64,000 nucleotides of DNA. Origin: Obrimoposthia wandeli. Lineage: Eukaryota. Positions 13,589-24,515 of the stretch are shown here, piece after piece. A program made the translations under genes and the position numbers. Under the pieces are notes generated by a model. That model had not been told where the DNA came from and did not search any database. It was given only the letters and a program-made list of their open reading frames with translations. Location: assembly GCA_977020255.1 (NCBI GenBank), contig CDROCS010000669.1, forward strand, positions 124,001 to 188,000. The letters are read 5' to 3'. How positions within the stretch are numbered: the stretch's first letter is position 1; every line of letters begins with the position of its first letter.

Positions 13589-13951
13589 ATGGAGAAGATA
13601 TGGTTCAATCCAAAAAATTCAATTGGCTACACAGGAGTTTCAAAATTAGCAAAAAGAACAAAACAAAATTTAACAGAATTTTCTTTTTATTATTCTCCAG
13701 TTACTATTAGAAAAAACTCACACATTACGTTTACAAAAGAAGTTGATCATGAAAAAACAACTGAAGTTGTGATCGGGTTTGATAGTAAAGGACAATTCTA
13801 TTACAATTGTATAGATAAAGAAGTGAAAGTAATATTTGAAAATAACAAAGTCAGATTTAAAAATCGATTAAAATATCTTCAAGTTATTAAAATTAACTTT
13901 GAATCTAAAAAGAAGCTCTTCTATTCAGTTATGATAGTGAACAAACAGTAG
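13589..13951 (+). pseudogene. Deletion chimera: integrase N-terminus fused to internal penton sequence
   Basis: MEKIWFNPKNSIGYTGVSKLAK matches the element C integrase start MEKVWFDPSHPVGYTEISKLA; it then runs into TEFSFYY, matching element C penton AALTEFSFNY. Confidence 0.75.
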
Positions 13952-14049
13952 CTCGTAATAAACGGGATATAGTCTCATCTAAATCGGTTAGAAATGTTCC
14001 TGGTAGATTAGCAAGAGTATTTTTAGTTTAAACGAGACCAAAGATTGTA

Positions 14050-15015
14050 ATGGAACTGAAAATGTTTTCAAAAGATTATAAATTAGATAGTGAAGTGAAT
14101 TTCTGTAAATTAATACAGAAGGAATGTAGCGAATATTTAGATAAATGTGTATCATTAAAAAATGGTAAAATAACGTTTACAGTAAAGAGCAATATAAAAC
14201 GAGTTTTATTTGATGATAAACTCGCTAAAAACCTTGGTTTAAACATAAATACCTTTGAAACTCATACAATAAAAACCATAAAAGCTAAAAATAAGCCCAA
14301 ACCTTTAAATGCTGTTAATCATTTATATATTTATACTAATTTAATAGAACCAACGCTTGTAGGAGAACAGCGAGTTCCACTTTTGAGAACAATATGGATA
14401 TCTAAAAATGAAAATAAAGATGTGGACGCTGTCGGTATGTGTATAGATCAACCAATGTATCTTCCAGTTTCTCTCTTTTCTATAAACAATATTGAAGTAA
14501 ATATTAGAGATGATTCCAGACAACTAATAGATTTCACGTACGGGGCCAAGACAAGTTTAACAATACTTTTAATAAACAAAATGGCGAATCCAGCAATAAT
14601 TGAAGCTTATAGTCAAAGCCAACAAGGTGGAGAATTACTATATTTTGTTGGTAAACAATATGGATCTGGCTGGCTTAGAACATTAGGTAGATTTGCCTTT
14701 CCTCTTTTAAAGAGACTCGGGCGGTTTATATCAAAATTAGTAAAGGATTACCTTTCATCTAAAGACAATAAACTAAACAAATTTATATATAATGTTTTTT
14801 GTAAAATGGATAATAAAAATTGGAATAAATTATACATAAAATTATCTCCAGATTTAATGGAAGATTATAAAAAAAATTACTTTTCAGAAAATGATACTCC
14901 GGAAATTGTTGGAGATAAATTATGTAATTTAATTTCGAAATTTTTAGGTATGTTTACATTTAATATAATATATTTTAATATTCAAAGGAGAATTGACAAT
15001 ATATACCAATCTTAA
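14050..15015 (+). CDS. Chimeric 321-aa ORF: penton C-terminal half + start of the small pre-MCP protein + ORF across the inversion junction
   Basis: NHLYIYTNLIEP..VG...PLLRTI is penton-like; GGELLYFVGKQYGSGWLRTLGRFAFP is the pre-MCP core protein; the tail MDNKNWNKLYIKLSPDL is homologous to 39930-40140. Confidence 0.7.
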   Translation: MELKMFSKDYKLDSEVNFCKLIQKECSEYLDKCVSLKNGKITFTVKSNIKRVLFDDKLAKNLGLNINTFETHTIKTIKAKNKPKPLNAVNHLYIYTNLIEPTLVGEQRVPLLRTIWISKNENKDVDAVGMCIDQPMYLPVSLFSINNIEVNIRDDSRQLIDFTYGAKTSLTILLINKMANPAIIEAYSQSQQGGELLYFVGKQYGSGWLRTLGRFAFPLLKRLGRFISKLVKDYLSSKDNKLNKFIYNVFCKMDNKNWNKLYIKLSPDLMEDYKKNYFSENDTPEIVGDKLCNLISKFLGMFTFNIIYFNIQRRIDNIYQS

Positions 15016-15237
15016 CATGAAAGACTGAATCCTGAGTACTTTGTTATTTTAATAAATTTTTGATTTATGATTTTTTATTCGTTATAAACAAAGGGATTTG
15101 CTACAAATTTGGGTAATTATGCAGGAATATATCATAGATTTTGAGGGTTTCGTTAACAAAAATGGTGATTATATTATAAATGAATTATGTATTATGGATT
15201 TTCATCCTTTGCATTTCATTTTTCATATATATATATC

Positions 15238-16638
15238 CAGTGGTGGGATTCAAGGGTTCGCACCGGTTCGCGCGAACCGGTTCCTAAAAATATAAAAGTT
15301 CGCAGAACCGCCTGAACCGGTTCCTGGACTACCTTCTTCGACTGAAACGTACATAATCATCTGGATAAAAAAGATATAATTTTTTAATTCGTTGATTGAA
15401 CGCATTATTTATTCTTATTTATTCTTATATTAATATTAATGGGAAAGTCAAAATTTCAAAGATATTTCACCAGTCAAATAAGAACCAAATGGAACTTTTC
15501 AAAATTTCCGAACAACTTGGAATAGAAATTCTAAAAATTGGTAGAGTTTTAGGACCGAGATGGGCTGCTTGCAGTCTTAGATCAACAGTTGCAGTATGGC
15601 GTGCTTACCCAGCATTATTTGATTATTTTAGTAGCAAAGAAAAGTTCACAGGAATGGCCAAGCGTTTTGCAAACAGATATTTCCTTGAGGATTTAGCTTT
15701 AATGATAGATATATTAAAGGAAATATCATTACTTTCAAATGCTCTACAATGTAGAAATTTAAATTTGCCACGAGCCGAAAAGTTAATAAAAAGGTCAATC
15801 AAGGCGCTAGAAATGATGAAAGAAATGAAAGGTTCTTATGAAACAAAAATTGACGAGACTGTTGCTTCTGATGCATTTCTTCATATTAAGTTTGTTCAAA
15901 ATAAGAAATATATTAACCTTCCTCGCCAAAGCCTGTTAGATTCTATTATAAAAAATATGAAACTAAGATTGATGGATTCTGATGAAATAAAAGCAAGCAA
16001 AAACTCCAAAGAAATTGATAACAAAATTCACTGTTTAGTAAACATCGTTAGCCCTGAATCATGGGATATTGATGAAGTTGTTGTACCGTGGAAACAAGCT
16101 GAAGAAAAATTACCCGGATTCTATAAGCAGTTTCACCATAAAATATGCGTTAACGATTTCCGTGACTATGTAGAAAATGTTATAGAAAACCGTCCCAATC
16201 AAGATGTTCCTTCTACAATACAAAAAGCAAAAAATATTATTAATACAATTGCTTTGAGTTCTGCTGAAGCGGAACGCGGATTTTCAGTTATGAATGTGAT
16301 ATATAGCGATAAAAGGAATCGTCTTGAAGTTCAAAATGTCGCAAATCTTATGGTAATAAAGTTAATTGGTCTTCCTCTTAATTTATGGGATTCTATGGAT
16401 TCTGTTAAAACGTGGCTAAGAAAGCACCACACAGCTGATGATAAAAGAGTGAAGCATTCATCTAATAGTTCTTATAATTCTAATGAATTATCAATCTGGA
16501 AATATTTGGAATATGATGGTAAATAAAATGATTAATTGGACTTGTTTATTATTAACCACACACGGAAAAATTGATTTAATTCCACATCAACCGGTAAATG
16601 AGCGAACCGGTTGCTAAACAGTTTGAATCCCACCACTG
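15238..16638 (+). mobile_element. Internally deleted hAT DNA transposon (1401 bp)
   Basis: 16-bp TIR CAGTGGTGGGATTCAA / TTGAATCCCACCACTG, 8-bp TSD TATATATC (15230-15237 and 16639-16646), and subterminal GAACCGGTT repeats. Confidence 0.95.
15396..16526 (+). CDS. C-terminal half of a hAT transposase (ZNF862-like), N-terminally truncated
   Basis: TRW-equivalent GPRWAACSLRS and hAT dimerisation motif TIALSSAEAERGFSVMN...RNRL. The first ~30 residues of the ORF are probably not coding. Confidence 0.85.
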   Translation: MNALFILIYSYININGKVKISKIFHQSNKNQMELFKISEQLGIEILKIGRVLGPRWAACSLRSTVAVWRAYPALFDYFSSKEKFTGMAKRFANRYFLEDLALMIDILKEISLLSNALQCRNLNLPRAEKLIKRSIKALEMMKEMKGSYETKIDETVASDAFLHIKFVQNKKYINLPRQSLLDSIIKNMKLRLMDSDEIKASKNSKEIDNKIHCLVNIVSPESWDIDEVVVPWKQAEEKLPGFYKQFHHKICVNDFRDYVENVIENRPNQDVPSTIQKAKNIINTIALSSAEAERGFSVMNVIYSDKRNRLEVQNVANLMVIKLIGLPLNLWDSMDSVKTWLRKHHTADDKRVKHSSNSSYNSNELSIWKYLEYDGK

Positions 16639-17228
16639 TATATATCCCATTTAGAAGTTTAGATTATAAAAAAAATTATTAATTTATATCTAACTAATTA
16701 TTTTCATTTATTAAAATAGAAAGAAGGACATAAGGCTTTTTGTGAAATATGTATTTTCGATAAAATAAAATCTAATTTTGATATTGAAAATAGAATTTTT
16801 TATGTTTTAGATGGAATGGACGGCAAAAAGTATAAGACTTAAAAAAAAAATTTTCCTAAATTGAGGTTAAAAACTTTAAATGTTTCACGCGATCATCTAT
16901 TAAAAATTCCACGAAATATTTGCTGTCCATATCGTGATCATGGTGACCATTGCGCATATAAAAAATGTTTAAGTCTTTCTTATTATTACTTGACATGTAG
17001 ATAAACAATTATTCTAATTCATAATTTACAAAATTTTCATCAAATTACAAATAAGCCTTTTAATTGGAGGAATAAAAAAATAATAATATCAACCAATAAC
17101 AGATAAACAATCCTTCTCAATAAAATTCAAAATTTTCATCCAATAAGAAATGAGCATGTGTGCATAAATTTTAGTATATAAGCAAACACTTTCTTCATTT
17201 AAATCCCCGACTATTTGAAATAATGACT

Positions 17229-20200
17229 ATGATAAGAATCTATACTTATTATTTCATTATTAATATTTATTATTTCAGATTACATGTATCCTGTTTCCAG
17301 CATATTGTGGTGCTTCGGCTCCACATGGAAGAGAGTCCTGCATAGAGATAATGTCCGCCTACTATCGGACAAAGTCTCATGGGCTTCAATTCTTCATCTG
17401 CCCCTTCTGCAGAACAATGGAGGAGAAGGAGTTTCGAAACTTCTTCGGTGAACATCGAGATCATCTATCCTGTTTCACGGCCAACAACAAGAAGAGGGAT
17501 ATCGTGCAATTGGTGTGCGATTCACAGGCCGCACTTGCTCCAATTCCAGTTGCAATCGTTCAACTCGTTTACAGTCCTGCGATTGGTCTCCCGTCTCCTG
17601 ATTCTGCCCCATTCACTCAAATGACTAACAATGAGTGGATGAACGACATCTCCGAAGAAGATTTTGAGATGGAGCAGTGGAGCAACAACAGCTAGTTTGA
17701 GACCACCGAGGAATCTGATTTCGTCGAGTTAACGGACGACAGCTTGATGGATTCCATCAATGAAGAGGACTTCCAACCAGCTACAGTTGGATTGGCTTCA
17801 TTAGGTACTTTTTTATTATTTTTTATTATTTTTTAAAATTGTAATTATATATATTTTATATTTTATTTTTTATTCAGGAAATTCCGTGATACAGCCGTCG
17901 TCCACTACGACAGCTATGCCTCCCCCATCGCGAGAGCCTACATCGATGTTTGCACGCCTTAGAGGTAATAATTAAAAATATATATATTTATTTTTTAATA
18001 TATTTATTTCAGCAGCATCATCCTCTACAACAGCAGCTTCTTCGTCGGCAATGTCGGTTACTACTCCAAATGCAGCATCTACAACTGCGGCAGTACTTAC
18101 TACAGCAGCATCTCCTACAGCAGCATCTACTACAGCAGAATCTACTACATCAGCTGCGATTGCCTCAATATCGGCAGCATCACCAATATCAGCACCTTCA
18201 ACCTCAGCTGCGTTTGTGTCAACTGTTAATATAAATAGTTGTCTTCCCGTTCAATTAGGGGGAGGTTTGTCAGCGACTGTAGGAAGAAAGAGGCAAAGCC
18301 AATTTCTTAATAAGGTCCCACCAAAAAAACGTAGAGAAAATGGTGCTACTATAGAGTATCACGTAAATAATAAATATGTTATAGTTAAGGTGCCATTAGG
18401 AAATGAAATTTTAAGAAACGTAGTTGTAGATTCAAATATTGAAAATCTTTTAAAGTCAGAAGTGACTAAATTAGGACAGGCTAAGGTTCAATTTTGCTCA
18501 ACAGTTCAGTTTAAAAATGTCAATGAGGAGACTAAAACTTGGGTAATTTCACATAAAGCAACTGTTTTCTATGATAATTTTGTAACTGAATTGGAAGAAA
18601 CCTAGATGAAAAAATTGCTAATTATAGCGAGTTAAGTAGTGGCTGGAATCTAGTTAGAATTCACGATGTTAGCTTTGTTTTAATAAAGTTCACTGATATG
18701 ATATATCTTTCGGGGAGTTCATACATTCCTTCACCTAGATCTCTTTAACTTTCACGTTCCATTGTTAACGTATAAAACAGTGATAACCTTTGCTTTCTGT
18801 ATAGCGTATTGGCCATACTCAAAAGGGATGTAATTACTGAGCATAGAGAGCGTGTCAGTAAATATACCCCGTTTTTAAATGAATTGCAGTATCATGGAAT
18901 AGATTTTCCTGTTAAATTAACTGCGATATCAAGATTTGAACATCTTAATAACTTGAGTATTAATGTATTTAAATACAATACTGATATCCCAGTTAATGTA
19001 ACAGATGAAGAAAATTTTAAAAATCCTTTTGTAGATGTAATTTATAGGAGAAAAAATGAGGGGACTCAGATCAACTTAATTTTTCTCTAACATAATAAAA
19101 ATACCATTATGCTGCAATTCCCAGTTTAGATCGTCTTTTAAATTTAGATAATGGAGCCTTACCGGTTAGGATAAGGTGTAAGTGGTGTCATAGATGTTTA
19201 TATGGATTCTGATCCGAGCTCTCTTACAGCAAACATCTGACATTATGTTCACTGAATCCTGATGACAATATGCTATACAGCATGCCTAAGGATAAGGATT
19301 TAAAATTCAGGGATTGGGCAAAATGCATACCCGTGGAATTCAGGGTGTATGCAGGTTTTGAGTCAATTCTAGCATTGCACGACCAGTATGAGAGTATTCA
19401 CTTACCGGCTTCGGCAGGACTATTATTCTTAGGCCTTAATATTACACAGTATCATAAATTTTCCGGTACAAATTGTATTTTAGATTTTATGTTAAAATTA
19501 GAAGAATTAGGAACCAATATTGTCAAACCGTGGTATGATCTTAATGCTCATCAAGCAATGATCATGACAGGCATAGACTGGGTTAATTTTAATTCTAGCA
19601 GATCATGTTATTTGTGTGGTACCCAGTCTAAGTTAGTCAGAGATCACGATCATGTTACGGGGCGATAGTTGGGAATAGCGTGCAACCTCTGAAACCTTGG
19701 CGGTCGACTCCTTAAAATACCCCGCATTCCCATAGTGTTTCATAACCTCAAAGGACATGATTTGCATCATACACTTAAATACGCGTTGGATACATTAAGC
19801 TCTTGGGAAATTTCATGTAAACCTCAAACTTCAGAGAAATATTTATCTTTAACTGCATATACTGAATTCTGTAGTTTAAGATTCATAGATTCTCTGCAGT
19901 TTTTGAGCGGGTCTTTAAAAAATTGACTTAATAATCCCTTCCAATGTGCATGATAAATTAGATGATCTTTCAGTAGCGCCTGTTCATCAATGCCCACATA
20001 ATTCAAAGGTTAAGAAATTATTGTTAACACATGAAGACAAGTTGAATTATGTTGTGCATTGGTGGCTTCTTCAATTCTACTTACAGTTGGGAGCGAAAGT
20101 TACTCGTATTCATCGTGCTATAAGCTTCAGTCAAAACTGTGTGTTTAAAGATTATATTGAGAAGAATTCTAGAAAACGTAATTTGGCCACTAGCAAATTC

Positions 20201-20987
20201 GATCGGGATTTTTACAAGTTAAAAAGTAATAGTCTCTTTGGAAAAGCTGTAGAGGACTTGCGGAAACGTATTTGTCTACGGTTTTGCAATGATGAGTGTA
20301 AACTAATAACATATACTAGCAAGTACAACTTCAAGCGTAGTTTTACAATTGCAGATGACTTGGTAGCAGTGTTATTAGGAAAACAGAGTATTTGTTTCGA
20401 TCGACCGAGTTATATAGGTTAAACGGTTTTAGACATTTCTAAACTCAGAATATACGAGCTTCAATACATAGAATTAGAAAAATATCGACAAGAATTCAAT
20501 TGTGAGATCAAAATCGCAGCTGGGGACACTGACTCTTTCTTTTTAGAATGTAAAAATGTTAGTTTAAATAATCAATTATTACCGGCAATGTTTAGGGACA
20601 ACTTACTAGATACCCATAAATATCCCGCTAACCATCCTCTACACTCAATGAGTTTAAAGGATATTATCGGGAAATTTAAGTATGAAAGCTAGGGACAGGT
20701 TTCGTATGATGATTTTATTTTCCTACGCCCTAAATGCTACAGTTTACATGCATCTAATAATACATGTTCAATGAGAGCAAAGGGTGTGGGAAGAAACAAT
20801 CTTACATATGAGGCATACCGGAAAGTTTATGATACTGGGTGTATTGAAAGCTTTGAGCAAACAAAGATTTATTTCAAGAGCCCATCAACTGTATTCCCAT
20901 AAATCAACCAAAATAACTTTGAATAGTAATGACGACAAGCGCTTTTGGGTAGAAAAGAACGCTAGCCTGGCTTATGGACACTTCTGA
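17229..20987 (+). pseudogene. Intron-containing protein-primed DNA polymerase B of element A, with N-terminal Cys/His and S/T-rich module
   Basis: RVYAGFES, RDHDHVTG, FHNLKGHD, FIDSLQF, KLKSNSLFGK and AGDTDS motifs. Introns at 17232-17278, 17805-17877 and 17965-18012. Many stops, and a ~600-bp deletion near 19920 relative to element B. Confidence 0.92.
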
Positions 20988-21256
20988 ATTTAAGCGGTTT
21001 TGATTTTTTGATTTTTTTAGTTTAGTTTTTTAAAATTTTAGATCCTTATGGCACCTTGACTCTAACATTTTGTTATTTCAATACATTTTTTAGGATGGAC
21101 CTTATCTTTGCTGACATATCTCATTGTGATGTTGTGATTAATAAATGTATTAAAAAAAATTCGTCTTATGTCTTTTATTATTTTACCCTTATATTTTTAA
21201 GGGATTTAAAAAAAAATTCAAAATAAAACATTAAAAATATTTATTTTTATAACACA

Positions 21257-21636
21257 CTAGTCGTTTTGCAACGATAACCATAAAATACATAAATGTCCAC
21301 AGTTTCTCGTCGCATGATCCTGATATTGTATCTTGTTGTAAAATACTCTTCTTCGTCCTTTTTGAATAGTCGAAACAAGTTTGTGTGGATAATACATTGC
21401 AAATGGATCAAATACATGTATTGTCCACTCTCTAACATAAATAGCTATCCAATGTTCTCCTGGTAAATTCGAAGTATGAGTATTGATAATGTAACCTCCA
21501 GATTGAAAAAATGGAATCATATCAATAGGATAAACTCCATTGAGTTTATCACCCAGGACCTTCTCTGCTGATTCTTGTACTTGTACTGAACTAAATAAAA
21601 ATTAATAAATATAAATTTAAAAATGTCTTACATCAT
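21257..21636 (-). CDS. Adenain-like cysteine protease of element A (ATG 21636, 41-bp intron 21591-21631)
   Basis: INTHTSNLPGEHWIAIY, VFDPF and YQD...NCGHLC give the His/Asp/Gln/Cys catalytic set. Splicing gives an in-frame MISVQVQES start. Confidence 0.88.
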
Positions 21637-21637
21637 T

Positions 21638-22571
21638 CTATAATATGACAGTTATGTTTTTATTGATTTGTATTTCCGAATCAAACACTCCGTAAATAAG
21701 CACCGTAGTAGGATGTGTTAAAGCTGCATTGAACTTAATTTCTAGACGTAAATTTCCATCCTTTGGTAGTTGGCATTGGTTTATATCAAAGTCTGGTGCC
21801 AAAACAAATGTGAAGAATGAAGGGCAGCTGCTTTTAAACTCAGTGAAAGAAATACCATTGTTTATATTTTTATCTAGTTGGCCCAAATTCCGAATAATAG
21901 ATTGCGTATATGCCAAAGCATAAGCGTTACCTTCGAAATCTGTTTTATATGTTTCGCGATAATCAGTATTTAGGTCTAGGTTTTAGAACGTCTGTGCTTA
22001 TCAAAGAAAAATTTCATTTATTACGCTTTAAACGAAGATGTACATTAACACCGAGAATTAAATATTTCGGTTGTTCAAAGAAATTCAATCTCAAAGACCC
22101 ACACATTTCGTAAGCTTTAGAACCTGTAATCCAATCTTTGCGAGTTGCAACTGTTTTATCATAACCAATGGTTGCCAAATTAGTATTTTGAGTATCAGTA
22201 CTATAATTCAAAAGACTTTCAATCAAAGCTTTATGAGCATAGGAAGAATTTCCACTTTCAATTTTGACATTATTAAGAGTAACAATGGCATCACTAAATA
22301 AAGAATTAAAGAGATAATTTACAGGTGTTACATCGGCATTTTCCTCTACATTAGTACCATCCTGATTTAATACTTTTATTTGAACATAAAGCAAAGTATC
22401 ATTCAAATCTAAATACTCGCTATTGGAACCATTAATATTAAATTCTAAATCGGTTAAAGTGGTTCCTGAAACTGAGTTAACTAGAAATATTTCTTCAAAG
22501 GAAGTATTATCTACTACTACTTGTGGAAGCGGTTTATCAAAAATACACAATTCAGTTTTGGCGCAACTCAT
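21638..22571 (-). pseudogene. Major capsid protein (double jelly-roll) of element A, with ~290-bp internal deletion
   Basis: MSCAKTELCIFDKPLPQ...LDLNDTLLYV...NYLFNSLFSD and FDINQCQ...GNLRLEIKF....L..P.TVLIY match Polinton MCP. The missing middle part is retained in element B (46046-46335). Confidence 0.88.
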
Positions 22572-22945
22572 TTTGCAAATATTGTTTCTTCAACTTTCTT
22601 ACGTTTGTTTATATTGATTTTTAGCTTCTTTTTACTTTTAAATCCACTACCTCCTTGGCTTTTATTTGATTTACGTTTTCTAATCAAATTAGCAACTTCA
22701 GGTAAAACATTATCAAGTTCATCAAGTGCATGCTTCTTAAAAGTTGGTATTAGTTTATTGTCCTTAGATGAAAGGTAATCCTTTACTAATTTTGATATAA
22801 ATCGCCCGAGTCTCTTTAAAATAGGAAAGGCAAATCTACCTAATGTTCTAAGCCAGCCAGATCCATATTGTTTACCAACAAAATATGGTAATTATCCACC
22901 TTGTTGGCTTTGACTATAAGCTTCAATTATTGCTGGATTCGCCAT
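22568..22945 (-). pseudogene. Small basic pre-MCP core-like protein of element A
   Basis: QQGG*...YFVGKQYGSGW...KKHALDELD...QGGSGFKSKKK; its stop overlaps the MCP ATG (ATGA). Confidence 0.65.
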
Positions 22946-23462
22946 TTTGTTTATTAAAAGTATTGTTAAACTTGTCTTGGCCCCGTACGTGAAATCTATT
23001 AGTTGTCCGGAATCATATCTAATATTTACTTCAATATTGTTTATAGAAAAGAGAGAAACTGGAAGATACATTGGTTGATCTATACACATACCGACAGCGT
23101 CCACATCTTTATTTTCATTTTTAGATATCCATATTGTTCTCAAAAGTGGAACTCGCTGTCCTCCTACAAGCGTTGGTTCTATTAAATTAGTATAAATATA
23201 TAAATGATTAACAGCATTTAAAAGTTTTGCCTTATATATAGCTTTTATGGTTTCAAAGGTATTTCTTTTTAAACCAAGGTTTTTAGCGAGTTTATCATCA
23301 AATAAAACTCGTATTATATTGCTCTTTACTGTAAACGTTATTTTACCATTTTTTTAATGTTACACATTTATCGAAATATTCACTACATTCCTTCTGTATT
23401 AGTTTACATAAATCCACTTCACTATCTATTTTATAATCTTTTGAAAACATTTTCAGTTCCAT
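22946..23462 (-). pseudogene. Penton (minor capsid) C-terminal half, right arm
   Basis: Mirror of 14050-14580 with a frameshift; LRTIWISK...PMYLPVS...IEVNIR.DSGQLI.F..GAKT. Confidence 0.8.
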
Positions 23463-23560
23463 TACAATCTTTGGTCTCGTTTAAACTAAAAATACTCTTG
23501 CTAATCTACCAGGAACATTTCTAACCGATTTAGATGAGACTATATCCCGTTTATTACGAG

Positions 23561-23923
23561 CTACTGTTTGTTCACTATCATAACTGAATAGAAGAGCTTA
23601 TTTTTAGATTCAAAGTTAATTTTAATAACTTGAAGATATTTTAATCGATTTTTAAATCTGACTTTGTTATTTTCAAATATTACTTTCACTTCTTTATCTA
23701 TACAATTGTAATAGAATTGTCCTTTACTATCAAACCCGATCACAACTTCAGTTGTTTTTTCATGATCAACTTCTTTTGTAAACGTAATGTGTGAGTTTTT
23801 TCTAATAGTAACTGGAGAATAATAAAAAGAAAATTCTGTTAAATTTTGTTTTGTTCTTTTTGCTAATTTTGAAACTCCTGTGTAGCCAATTGAATTTTTT
23901 GGATTGAACCATATCTTCTCCAT
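23561..23923 (-). pseudogene. Integrase/penton deletion chimera, right arm
   Basis: Mirror of 13589-13951. Confidence 0.75.
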
Positions 23924-24009
23924 TACAGCAATTTGAATAGAAAGAAAATTTAAATTTAGGTAAATTAGGGTTAGCACCCATATCTTTAGCTGATTTTATG
24001 AATAATTGT

Positions 24010-24339
24010 TTATGATCGTGTTGTAGCTATAATACTACTGATAATTAAAGCAACAACTGGAATAACAGCCCCTATGAAACCACCATTATGTTTAAGAATA
24101 ATATTTCGTTTCCTTTTTTTACTTTTTACATTAGCAATATCTAGAAGAGTTTTTCTATATTTCTTTAATATATTTTTCCGATTTCCAACTTTTACTCGAC
24201 CCAAAACTATATTATACAAAACTTCCAATAAATCATCTACAACAAAGGATGGAAATGCTTTAAGAATAATCATTCTCTTATGAGAAGAGGCTTTGACTAA
24301 AGCTTTAAAATAGAGTATGCTTCTTTGTATTTTCTTCAT
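24010..24339 (-). CDS. Conserved 109-aa Polinton protein, right arm
   Basis: Translation identical to 13173..13502. Confidence 0.65.
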   Translation of the reverse strand: MKKIQRSILYFKALVKASSHKRMIILKAFPSFVVDDLLEVLYNIVLGRVKVGNRKNILKKYRKTLLDIANVKSKKRKRNIILKHNGGFIGAVIPVVALIISSIIATTRS

Positions 24340-24515
24340 TTTAATAAAATAGCTTCAATTTGAGTATTGTTTATATTCGAAGCCATTTAAGTTTTTTTTA
24401 TTTCTAACTACAGATTTGATTAATTTTTTCACTTCTTTTTTCTTAATGATTCTTTTCATTATTTCTTAGGCTTTGCTTTACGTTTTACTATCAACTTCGT
24501 AAAAGGCATTGTAAA

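Larger units (their letters stand above)
9488..14776 (+). repeat. Left arm of a ~5.3-kb inverted duplication (partner 22750-28195)
   Basis: Mirror ORF pairs (e.g. 13173..13502+ and 24010..24339-) and base-level reverse-complement match from attatcaagtctgg (9488) to aaactaa (14776). Confidence 0.97.
15119..17000 (+). pseudogene. DEDD/DnaQ-like nuclease-family accessory gene of element A, split by a hAT insertion
   Basis: N-terminal YIIDFEGF (D-x-E ExoI-like) and C-terminal CCPYRDHGDHCAYKKC. Homologues at 40245-40600 and 52717-53215. Confidence 0.55.
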
